DNA of 64,000 nt from positions 1 through 64,000 of IMG/VR virus record IMGVR_UViG_3300021961_008712; one strand, given 5' to 3'. The stretch is from a virus. Under the pieces are notes generated by a model. The model saw only the letters and a program-made list of their open reading frames with translations, had not been told where the DNA came from and did no database searches. Positions 37,145 through 46,104 of the stretch are shown one piece after another (the first letter of the stretch is position 1; every line of letters begins with the position of its first letter). Position numbers and translations under genes: made by a program.

Positions 37145-40100
37145 ATGGCAAAGTTCACCGGTGAAATATCAGGTTCGTTAGCGTTTAAACAGGGCGGGGT
37201 TGTACAAACCCAGATGGTCCCTGGTTTAAACTCGTTAGCGCTTACTGGTTCCTTAAATATCACAGGATCTCAGCTTACTCTGAATGGAAGAAATATCTTA
37301 TTAGAGATAGACGCTCTTTCAGCAGGTTCTGATCCTGATATTGGTACGTTAAGGCTACATTCCGGGTCTATGTTAATTTATACCGGTTCAAATGATGCTA
37401 GAGTACAGAGAATAGAGAACTTAACTGGAAGTATACACCAATTAAATGCTTCAACTAGCTCATATTTCTTAAAAAGTGATTCAGCCAACGTAGTATCCTC
37501 TTCTAATCAGATTATAGAACTAGGATTCAATAGAGATGTAATATCTGGATCACAACAAATTATAGACTTAGGATTTAATAAAAATGTAATATCTGGATCT
37601 CGACAAATTCAAGATTTAGGATTCGTTACTTCTTCTAATATTGCAGATTACGACGATCTTTATAATGTTCCTTCTGGAATTCTTAGTTCTTCTATTCAGC
37701 TAACTACTTTAGGCTTTATAACAGGGTCTAGCTTTTTTGAATTAGACAATATCCCCGTAGATCTAGTATCTAGCTCAGCTCAAATACAATCTTTCCTATT
37801 TGGTACAACTACTAACTTCGGAACAGGAGTAGTTTCTGCTTCTAAATTCTCTGGAGATGGTTCTGGGCTTACAAATATAAGTGTAGGACAAGTAACTTCT
37901 ATAAAAGAAGATTTTGATAATGCATCATCAGTAACTGTTAACCATAATTTTAATAGCCCAAATGTAAATGTAGCAGTATACGACAGTAACGGATTCCAAT
38001 TACTTCCCAGCTCAGTTCAATTAACTGATAATAATACTGCTGTTGTTACATTCGATAGTAATACTTCTGGATATGCTGTAGCATCTCTAGGAGGACATAT
38101 ATTTTCTGGTTCTTCTGCATGGGAAAACTTAACTAACGTACCTTCAGGTATTATTTCTTCTTCTGCTCAAATTTCTGCACTTGGATTTGGAGCTGGAGGA
38201 AGCGGAACACCATCAGGAACTGTATCGTCTTCTGCTCAAATTATAGAATTAGGATTTATAACAGGTAGTACTTATCAAGATTTAGTAAACATACCTGCTA
38301 ATATCATTTCTTCTTCTGCCCAAATTGCTAATTTAGGATTTGGAGGAGGAAATATAGCGCCTTCTGGTACAATATCGTCATCTGCTCAAATTTTAGACTT
38401 AGGATTTGTAACTGGAAGTGATTTTAATACGACATTAAACATACCTGACGGATTAATATCTTCTTCACTGCAAATAGCAGCGTTAGGATACTTAACCTCA
38501 TCACATTCAGATGTAAACGGGCTCAATGCTAAGACAGGTTCTTATGCAACGACTGGTTCAAACAGTTTTGTAGGTACCCAGACAATAACTGGTAATGTAA
38601 TTCCTGGAGTTTCTACTAATGATTTAGGAAGTCAAGCAGCTCCTTGGCAACACTTGTACATTTCTTCTGGGTCTATCAAATTCGTAAACCCAGACGGTAC
38701 AGTACTGTCTTCTTTTAATAATCAATTTGATGGAAATAGGATAATTTCGAATACCGAGCATCCTTTATTTAATTCCTTTAATCCAGGCTCTAGCACTACT
38801 ATAGAAGACTTCTTAAATGCAGTTTTTTATCCAAATACTGCCCCAACTATCTCTACTGGTAATCAAACTATAGCCGAATATACAGCTAATGGAACTTCTA
38901 TAGTAACTTTAGCAGGGTCTGATGCAGAGTCTCAAGCAATAACATTTAGTATTGACGATTCTTATACAGATGGATACGTAATAGTTGATAACGGAGTACT
39001 TAAATTAAATGTACTACCTACCGCAACAGCTTTTAATACAGATAACAGAGGAGATGGAACCTTAGCTCACCCTGTTATAGTAAAAGCAACAGATACAGTA
39101 GGAGCTTCTTCTACTAAAACAATATACATTAGAGTAACACCTAATGAAGCACCAGTATTCAGACATCCTAACGTAGGAAGTAACGCAATATCTTCTTATT
39201 CTGTTTCTAGAAATGAAAATGCTAGTGCAGGAGAAGTAACTAAGATATATTTTACAGATGCAGAAGGCGATAACATCACCATTAACTCGGGATCTGATTT
39301 AAACGGACACTTTAGTATTTCAAAATCATCTAACTATGTAACTATTACTCAAGTAACAGCATCTTTAGATTATGAAAATATTACTCAATATAATATGAGT
39401 ATAACAGCATCTGATTCTCATTACGAGGATGGTGATGATGCAGATTCTTTTATTGCTATACCAATTACTATTAATGTTACCGACAACACTCAACCAACAG
39501 TTAATGATCAAACATTAACCGGAGTAAACGAAAATAGTTCTGATGGAGCATCTGCTGGTACAATAACAGCAACAGACCCAGAAGGAGATACGGTAACATT
39601 TAAAAGTGCAAGATTCCATAGCCAACAATTGGATGGAGTAAATGTACCTACTGGTTCATACGGCGGTACATCTCAAAGTGATCCAACTGAAGATGCATTT
39701 AGTATATCATCAACAGGTACTGTTACTAGAAAAGTAGGAGTATATTTAAACTCTGATCTAGTTAATAAAGCTATATATGAAGTAACAGTTACTGACCCAT
39801 ATAATAACGGTTCAGATAAAGGCTACATATCTATCCCTATAGTAGATGATACCGCTCCTACGATAAGCGGAGATACAACCTTATACGTAATTGAATCCGC
39901 AACAAGTGGTCATGCAATATACGATAACTCGAACGGATTCTCAGGAACTACTTCTAGATTTACAGCTAATCAAACTGTAACTTGGGCAGTGAGCTCTTCA
40001 AATGATTTTGCTATAAGTTCAACTGGATATTTAACTCTTGCTAGAGATATTTCTGGTTCAGCAGATGTTGGAGGAGATCAATTGAGCGGTATAGTTACTG

Positions 40101-41659
40101 CTACTAATACTTTCGGTACATCTGCTACTCAAGCATTTACAGTTAATATAACAGACAACGTTGCACCGACAATTACGTTTACAAATACAAGTGCTAACTT
40201 AAATACTAACAAAGCAATTCCTGGTAATAATTTAGTTACTATGACCTTTGCAGATTTAGTTAACTCTGATGCTGTAGATTTGAATTCATTTTCTGCTTCA
40301 TTTGGCGGTCATGATTTAACTATAGTAGAAAGTGGAGCCTCAAGAATAGTAAGAGCTAATAGTAACTTAGCAGCAGGTACTTATAATGTTACTGCATCAA
40401 TTGCTGACGTGGAAGGATTTGAAACTAGAACTTCTTCTCACGCATTTACAATTGCTCAAGCAGTAGTTGGAACATTGACCACTAACGGTACTTTCTACAT
40501 AATAGAATCAGCTGAGAATGGTGCATTAATTAGAACTAACAGTAACGGTAGAACAGGTACTCAAGCAGATTTAGAAGTTAGCTACTCACCTAATTACGGC
40601 GGTCAAGCAGTTCAAGCTTATACTTCTTCTAATGCTGCAATAGTAGTAGCAAGCGATGGAAACTTAAGTCTAGGACTTGACATCAGTGGCTCTGCAACAG
40701 GTTCAGGAGATACAATTACCTCAAATATAACGTTCCAAGATCAGTATGGCAATGTAGGGTCAGGTAGCATAACAGTCAACGTTGTAACCAATCAAGCACC
40801 CTCAGTAACAGTTAGTGAACAATCAGGACTAGAAACAGATACGATTTCTGGTTCATTAGTAGCTACAATAAGCGTATCAGATGCAGAATCAGATTATCCA
40901 ATTACTTTAGCATTATCTGGAACAGACGCTTCAAGTTTTACTGCAACTTCTAATAACGGAGACGGTACTAGCTGGAATATAGTAGCAAATACAGCTCTAT
41001 CAGCAGGTACATACAACTTTACAGCTACTGCTACAGATGCATTTGGTAAGACGGGAACAGATACAGCAACTATAACTGTAGAACAGTCAGCAGACTATGG
41101 ACTTGTCTATGTATATACATCTACTTATGGTTCAGATGCCGGCTTTGCAGCTAACTACTTAGGAGTAATGGGAGGAGCTACAGTTAATAGCGACACACCA
41201 CCTGAAGTTACTTCCTATACAGCAAATACTTTATCACCATATTATAAATTTAAAGCAGGAGACGTAGGAAGTTCTACTATAAGTTTAGCAGGTGGAGCAA
41301 CAGCAACACTTAGAGCAAGCGGATCTGGCGCAGGATTAGATCAAGTACTAAGTAGTATAGGTTCAATTAGCGCTGCAGAAACAGGACAGGTAATAATCGT
41401 CTATCCATCAGGATCAGATATGACAGTACCTACCTCAGTACAAGAATCATTTAATAGCACAGCAGGTGGTGCTGTACCAGCTATGAATGTAGATGGAAAT
41501 GGATACGGAATCGAATCAGGAGTCATTCACTCTTTAGTATTAGATTCTGCTCATTTAGGATATAGTGAGTGGTTTGTATTTGGACGTAAGTCACAGAATG
41601 CAATAGCAAGCTCATTTAATATAAGATTAGTAAACGCAAGCGGTAGCTTACCGTCATAA
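37145..41659 (+). CDS. Large fibre/adhesin protein with SSAQI repeats and cadherin-like domains
   Basis: Repeated (I/V)SSSAQIxxLGF; cadherin signatures LDYE, ATDPEGD, NxAP. Confidence 0.75.
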   Translation: MAKFTGEISGSLAFKQGGVVQTQMVPGLNSLALTGSLNITGSQLTLNGRNILLEIDALSAGSDPDIGTLRLHSGSMLIYTGSNDARVQRIENLTGSIHQLNASTSSYFLKSDSANVVSSSNQIIELGFNRDVISGSQQIIDLGFNKNVISGSRQIQDLGFVTSSNIADYDDLYNVPSGILSSSIQLTTLGFITGSSFFELDNIPVDLVSSSAQIQSFLFGTTTNFGTGVVSASKFSGDGSGLTNISVGQVTSIKEDFDNASSVTVNHNFNSPNVNVAVYDSNGFQLLPSSVQLTDNNTAVVTFDSNTSGYAVASLGGHIFSGSSAWENLTNVPSGIISSSAQISALGFGAGGSGTPSGTVSSSAQIIELGFITGSTYQDLVNIPANIISSSAQIANLGFGGGNIAPSGTISSSAQILDLGFVTGSDFNTTLNIPDGLISSSLQIAALGYLTSSHSDVNGLNAKTGSYATTGSNSFVGTQTITGNVIPGVSTNDLGSQAAPWQHLYISSGSIKFVNPDGTVLSSFNNQFDGNRIISNTEHPLFNSFNPGSSTTIEDFLNAVFYPNTAPTISTGNQTIAEYTANGTSIVTLAGSDAESQAITFSIDDSYTDGYVIVDNGVLKLNVLPTATAFNTDNRGDGTLAHPVIVKATDTVGASSTKTIYIRVTPNEAPVFRHPNVGSNAISSYSVSRNENASAGEVTKIYFTDAEGDNITINSGSDLNGHFSISKSSNYVTITQVTASLDYENITQYNMSITASDSHYEDGDDADSFIAIPITINVTDNTQPTVNDQTLTGVNENSSDGASAGTITATDPEGDTVTFKSARFHSQQLDGVNVPTGSYGGTSQSDPTEDAFSISSTGTVTRKVGVYLNSDLVNKAIYEVTVTDPYNNGSDKGYISIPIVDDTAPTISGDTTLYVIESATSGHAIYDNSNGFSGTTSRFTANQTVTWAVSSSNDFAISSTGYLTLARDISGSADVGGDQLSGIVTATNTFGTSATQAFTVNITDNVAPTITFTNTSANLNTNKAIPGNNLVTMTFADLVNSDAVDLNSFSASFGGHDLTIVESGASRIVRANSNLAAGTYNVTASIADVEGFETRTSSHAFTIAQAVVGTLTTNGTFYIIESAENGALIRTNSNGRTGTQADLEVSYSPNYGGQAVQAYTSSNAAIVVASDGNLSLGLDISGSATGSGDTITSNITFQDQYGNVGSGSITVNVVTNQAPSVTVSEQSGLETDTISGSLVATISVSDAESDYPITLALSGTDASSFTATSNNGDGTSWNIVANTALSAGTYNFTATATDAFGKTGTDTATITVEQSADYGLVYVYTSTYGSDAGFAANYLGVMGGATVNSDTPPEVTSYTANTLSPYYKFKAGDVGSSTISLAGGATATLRASGSGAGLDQVLSSIGSISAAETGQVIIVYPSGSDMTVPTSVQESFNSTAGGAVPAMNVDGNGYGIESGVIHSLVLDSAHLGYSEWFVFGRKSQNAIASSFNIRLVNASGSLPS

Positions 41660-41669
41660 TAGAGAACAG

Positions 41670-42479
41670 ATGCCATTATTTAGTTCAAAATTAGAATTAA
41701 CATCAGCAGCCTCAGGCTCAGGAGTTGCATTAGCGGACGTAAGGTTTATCCGCGGTGCCTTCAGGACTGTAGCTAATACTGGTGAGCTAAATAACATTCC
41801 CGTCACCCAAGTCGAGGATAAGCAAATCGTATGGGTTGAAGGTTCATCTCAACTTTATCAAGCTTCTGTAACTTTAGCAGACTATGTTAGTAGCTTTGTA
41901 GATACAGTATCATGGTCTACATTTAATGGATTTGGTGGAGGCGGTGGTGCTTCTTCTTTAGGAGAGTTGACAGATGTACAGACTGGTTCACTAGCAAACG
42001 GTCAAGTACTTCAATACAATTCCTCTTTAGGTAAATGGGTTGCTAGTAACGTTTCCGGAACAGGAGATATATCTGCAGTATTTGCAGGTGATGGACTTAT
42101 CGGCGGCGGAACAGCAGGATCTGTTTCTCTTGATGTAAATCCCGGGCAAGGTATAAACCTTAACGGAGGTACAGTTAACTTAGATACAGGATCTGCACAC
42201 TTTATAAACGCAATTAATAATATTGCAACCTCTGGTATTTTTACCCAGACAGGTTCATATTACTCAACAACAAATAACTTACAAATAACAGGTTCTTTAC
42301 AAATAAATTTTACCGGATTAGGAGATGCTCTTAACATAACTTCTGGTTCTACAGAGCTATTTAAATTCGGGAATGATGGAGTTTTACAATTTATAACACA
42401 ATCAATAGCACCTACACCAAAAGCTGGGGGAATTTATTTTGACAATAATGGGCAACTCTGGACCGGAGTAGTAAATTAG
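41670..42479 (+). CDS. Fibre-like structural protein
   Basis: LGELTDV...GQVLQYN...W and GDISAVFAGDGLIGGG repeats. Confidence 0.65.
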   Translation: MPLFSSKLELTSAASGSGVALADVRFIRGAFRTVANTGELNNIPVTQVEDKQIVWVEGSSQLYQASVTLADYVSSFVDTVSWSTFNGFGGGGGASSLGELTDVQTGSLANGQVLQYNSSLGKWVASNVSGTGDISAVFAGDGLIGGGTAGSVSLDVNPGQGINLNGGTVNLDTGSAHFINAINNIATSGIFTQTGSYYSTTNNLQITGSLQINFTGLGDALNITSGSTELFKFGNDGVLQFITQSIAPTPKAGGIYFDNNGQLWTGVVN

Positions 42480-42482
42480 TGC

Positions 42483-42490
42483 TATTTATA
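42483..42490 (+). promoter_or_regulatory. TATTTATA putative late promoter
   Basis: Recurrent intergenic octamer. Confidence 0.65.
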
Positions 42491-42540
42491 ACAAAGAAAA
42501 AAAAACTTAACTAACAACAAAAACAAAAATTTAGACAATT

Positions 42541-43881
42541 ATGGCAACATGGAAAAAAGTCATCGTCTCGGGAAGTGGTGTTTCCCAACTGTCAAATGAT
42601 GCAAATTATTTGACCACGACTGGAGACGGTTCAGGTTTAACAAACCTTACATTCAGCAATATTAGTAACGCTACAGAAAGCGTAGAAGATATTGTTGGCA
42701 GTCTTATCGTTGGTGGGAACAATATTACTGCAACTTATGATGATGATAACGGGACACTTACAATCGATGCAGATTTATCAGGTGACATTACTAGCATTGT
42801 TGCTGGAAACGGTTTAACTACTCCTGATGGTTCAACTGGAGATGTAACTATCAACGTAGTTGGTGGAGACGGTATCACAGTAAATGCTGATGAAGTAGAA
42901 GTAACTGTAGACGGTTCTACTATCGAATTATCGGCTACTGACGGAACTGGTGCAGTACGAGTTAAAGATGGCGGTATTAGTACTGCTAAATTAGCTGCTG
43001 ACGCAGTAAATGGAGACAAAATTGCTGACGATGCAGTAGATAGCGAGCACATCGCAGACGGTGCAATCGATACAGCTCACTTAGGTGATTTACAAGTAAC
43101 AACAGCTAAAATTGCTGACGATGCAGTAACTGGTGACAAATTAAATAACACTGGAGTAACTGCTAACACTTACGGTAGTACTACTGCAATACCTGTAATC
43201 ACAGTTGACGCACAAGGTCGTTTAACTGCTGCTAGTACAGCTGTAATCGCTACTTCATTTAGTGTAGCTGCTGATGCAGGAACTACTGATACAGTTGCTG
43301 GTGGTGAGACATTAACTTTCGAAGGAGGTTTAGGTGTTACTACAACAGTATCAAATAACAATATTAAAATTGACATCGCCGGCGGAATCGTTTCTGGTTC
43401 TAGCTTCTCTTCTCCTTCTCAAGGTACAGTAAGAGCTACAGTCAACGGCGTACAAACTGATGTTGATTTAGGATTACAGTCTGTTGATTCGCCAAGCTTT
43501 GCAGGTCTTACCGTTAGTGGTGATGCTGTAATTACTGGAGACTTAACAGTACAGGGTACAATGACTACCCTTTCTACTACTAACACTGCAATCAAAGATA
43601 AATTCATCTTATTGAACTCAGGTTCAGCTAACCCAGATGAAGGTGGTCTTGTAATTGATAACGGTAGTGGAACAGGTCCTGCATTCATCTATGATGCTGG
43701 AGATGCTCGTTGGGGAGTTAACATGTCAGTTGATTCTACTTCTGGTACTGCTAACTCTGAAGCATATGCTGCTTTAGTAGTAGATCAGGATAACGTTGCA
43801 CACGATGTAACAGATACAAATTACCATAAAAGAGGTAATATTAAGATTGATTCAAGTGATGACATTTTCATCTACGTCTAA
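42541..43881 (+). CDS. Fibre protein, MATWKK family 1
   Basis: KIADDAV repeats, TVDAQGRLT, DKFILLNSGS. Confidence 0.7.
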   Translation: MATWKKVIVSGSGVSQLSNDANYLTTTGDGSGLTNLTFSNISNATESVEDIVGSLIVGGNNITATYDDDNGTLTIDADLSGDITSIVAGNGLTTPDGSTGDVTINVVGGDGITVNADEVEVTVDGSTIELSATDGTGAVRVKDGGISTAKLAADAVNGDKIADDAVDSEHIADGAIDTAHLGDLQVTTAKIADDAVTGDKLNNTGVTANTYGSTTAIPVITVDAQGRLTAASTAVIATSFSVAADAGTTDTVAGGETLTFEGGLGVTTTVSNNNIKIDIAGGIVSGSSFSSPSQGTVRATVNGVQTDVDLGLQSVDSPSFAGLTVSGDAVITGDLTVQGTMTTLSTTNTAIKDKFILLNSGSANPDEGGLVIDNGSGTGPAFIYDAGDARWGVNMSVDSTSGTANSEAYAALVVDQDNVAHDVTDTNYHKRGNIKIDSSDDIFIYV

Positions 43882-43899
43882 ATTACTATAGGAAGAACA

Positions 43900-43932
43900 G
43901 GGGAGGGTTCACCTCCTCCCCCGCTTTTCTTT
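43900..43932 (+). terminator. GC-rich hairpin, probable terminator/attenuator
   Basis: ggggaggg-ttca-cctcctcccc followed by gcttttcttt. Confidence 0.6.
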
Positions 43933-43975
43933 AAAGTAACCTAAAACAATATTTTAATATACAAATTAGTACTCA

Positions 43976-45175
43976 ATGGCAACTTGGAAAAAGATAATAG
44001 TTAGTGGTTCGGTAGCAGAATTAAACACACTAACAGTAACAAACAACGTAATTGCAACTGGATTTAGTGGAGATGGTAGTAACATTACAGGTGTAGTTCA
44101 TAACTCGGGAGAAATCGCTTCTGATATCTCCGGCTCATTTACCGCACTTTCAGCCTCTATCGCAACTCGTTTTGACGGGCTAACTTCTGACTACACCGAA
44201 TTAACTAATATCCCAAGTGGAATTGTTTCATCATCTGCACAGATTGATGAATTATTTAACATTGATGGAGTACATTCTGGGTCTGCTCAAGTCGTAGCCA
44301 GCTTAGTAGGAGAAGACATAGTTGCCAATTCGTTCTCTGGCGACGGTTCAAATTTAACCAATCTCACAGTAGACCAAGCAACCACAGTAGCCTCTGCTTT
44401 TACGAATCAAACCTCAGTAGCACTTACTCACGGTTTTGATAGTAAAAATATAACAGTACAGGTATACAATTCTAATGACGAATTAATCTTACCTGCTACC
44501 GTAACATTAACAAGTAATAACGTTGCTACAGTCACCTTTGATAATTCTACATCAGGTAGAATTGTTGTAATGAAAGGTGGACATATCGTTTCTGGTTCAG
44601 TAAACCGCCTAAATGGTGAAGAAGGTTCTTACTACCTAGACTACGATAACTTTACAAACATACCTTCAGGTATTGTTTCTTCATCAGCTCAAATTGACGC
44701 TTTATTTAACATTGACGGACTACTATCTGGTTCTACAGAGGGTGATGCTCAAGGTCAAATTAAATTTAACGGTCAAAACGTTGATGTCAACGGAATGGGT
44801 ACTAACGACTCTCCGACGTTTACTAACTTAGTATTAACTGGAGATTTAACAGTACAAGGAACTACTACATCTATTGAAACTGCAAACCTTCTAGTAGAGG
44901 ATAAATTTATCTTATTAAACTCTGGTTCAGCTAATCCTGACGTAGGAGGTATTATTATAGATGAAGGATCAGGAAATGGTCACGCATTAATATTCAATGC
45001 TAGTTCTGCAAGATTTGGATTTAATGAAGCTCTTGCTCATGATGCAACAACTGCTACACCGAGTGCTTTCGCTGCTGCTGTAGTTGATATCGATGCAGGA
45101 CATTCAGACATCTCTGAATATCAAAAAAATGGAAATATTAAAGTAGATAGTGGGACAATATACATTTACTCTTAA
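43976..45175 (+). CDS. Fibre protein, MATWKK family 2
   Basis: Paralogous N- and C-termini to 42541. Confidence 0.7.
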   Translation: MATWKKIIVSGSVAELNTLTVTNNVIATGFSGDGSNITGVVHNSGEIASDISGSFTALSASIATRFDGLTSDYTELTNIPSGIVSSSAQIDELFNIDGVHSGSAQVVASLVGEDIVANSFSGDGSNLTNLTVDQATTVASAFTNQTSVALTHGFDSKNITVQVYNSNDELILPATVTLTSNNVATVTFDNSTSGRIVVMKGGHIVSGSVNRLNGEEGSYYLDYDNFTNIPSGIVSSSAQIDALFNIDGLLSGSTEGDAQGQIKFNGQNVDVNGMGTNDSPTFTNLVLTGDLTVQGTTTSIETANLLVEDKFILLNSGSANPDVGGIIIDEGSGNGHALIFNASSARFGFNEALAHDATTATPSAFAAAVVDIDAGHSDISEYQKNGNIKVDSGTIYIYS

Positions 45176-45191
45176 GAAGTTTTTAAAAAAA

Positions 45192-45404
45192 ATGGGTTTA
45201 AATATCAATAAGTTATTAACAGGTAAAGAAGCAGAAGATAAATTACAGAATGACGCACTCCGTCAATCTGCTAATCAAGGATTGACCGAAAGGGAAATAC
45301 AATTCATTCTAGCTAAACTTAGAGAAGCCAATTACAAAGGCGCTGAGTTTGAAACATTCTATGTAATCTTTACGAAACTTTCTAACTTACTTCCTGCAAA
45401 ATAG
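45192..45404 (+). CDS. Small helical hypothetical protein (possible fibre chaperone)
   Basis: ATG at 45192 after an A-run is preferred to 45150. Confidence 0.55.
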   Translation: MGLNINKLLTGKEAEDKLQNDALRQSANQGLTEREIQFILAKLREANYKGAEFETFYVIFTKLSNLLPAK

Positions 45405-45429
45405 TAGGAGGTAATAGTTATTTTTGCTA

Positions 45430-45437
45430 TATTTATA
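45430..45437 (+). promoter_or_regulatory. TATTTATA putative late promoter
   Basis: Recurrent intergenic octamer. Confidence 0.65.
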
Positions 45438-45444
45438 TAAAAGC

Positions 45445-45494
45445 TATTATCGGCCCGAAAGGGAAGTGGGCTCACTGAGTAACCAACCGTAATA
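45445..45494 (+). ncRNA. Putative structured cis-regulatory RNA (three-way junction with GAAA tetraloop)
   Basis: P1 tatta(t)cgg/ccgtaata; P2 ccc-gaaa-ggg; P3 tgg-gctc-act-gagt-aa-cca; GC-rich island between promoter and ATG. Confidence 0.6.
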
Positions 45495-45504
45495 TAAGTT
45501 AAAA

Positions 45505-46065
45505 ATGCCGAATTGGAAAAAACTGATAGTTAGCGGATCAGACGCTAGCTTGAACAATCTTATCGTTAATAATACTGTAACCGCCACAGCGTTTTCTGGC
45601 GACGGTTCAGGATTAACTAATATTACCTCTGAAGTAACAGAAGTAGCAACTATTGCCGATACTTTTACTTCCGTAACAACCAAAACGGTAACACATAACT
45701 TTGGTACGAAAAACGTAATAGCTACAGTCTATAACGACAACGATCAATTAATTATCCCCTCTTCTATAACGACTTCTGACACTAACAATGTCATTATAAC
45801 CTTTGATTCATCAACCTCTGGTAGAGTTGTTGTTGCTAAGGGAGGACACCTTGTATCAGGTTCAGTACAATTATACAAAGAAGCAGTTTCAGGCGATGTC
45901 TCATACACTATTAACCATAATCTAAACGAAGATTTCCCTATAGTACAAGTATACGACACAGATAAAAATCAAGTCATTCCATCCGCAATCACAAGTTCAA
46001 ACGCAGATAATGTAATTATTTCGTTTGATACGTCATTTAATGGAACGGTAGTTGTAAAAAAGTGA
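45505..46065 (+). CDS. Fibre-associated protein, MPNWKK family, with two THN domains
   Basis: Two copies of (V/I)xHNxxxxxxIxxVYD...P...N.VII.FD...G.VVV. Confidence 0.65.
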   Translation: MPNWKKLIVSGSDASLNNLIVNNTVTATAFSGDGSGLTNITSEVTEVATIADTFTSVTTKTVTHNFGTKNVIATVYNDNDQLIIPSSITTSDTNNVIITFDSSTSGRVVVAKGGHLVSGSVQLYKEAVSGDVSYTINHNLNEDFPIVQVYDTDKNQVIPSAITSSNADNVIISFDTSFNGTVVVKK

Positions 46066-46104
46066 TATTTATTTTAGAAGAAACATAACAAAAAAATTTA
46101 AAAA

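Noticed and set aside
37490-38500. Regularly spaced tcttctgctcaaatt repeats as a CRISPR-like array
   Set aside because: They are degenerate at third codon positions and encode SSAQI protein repeats within one ORF.
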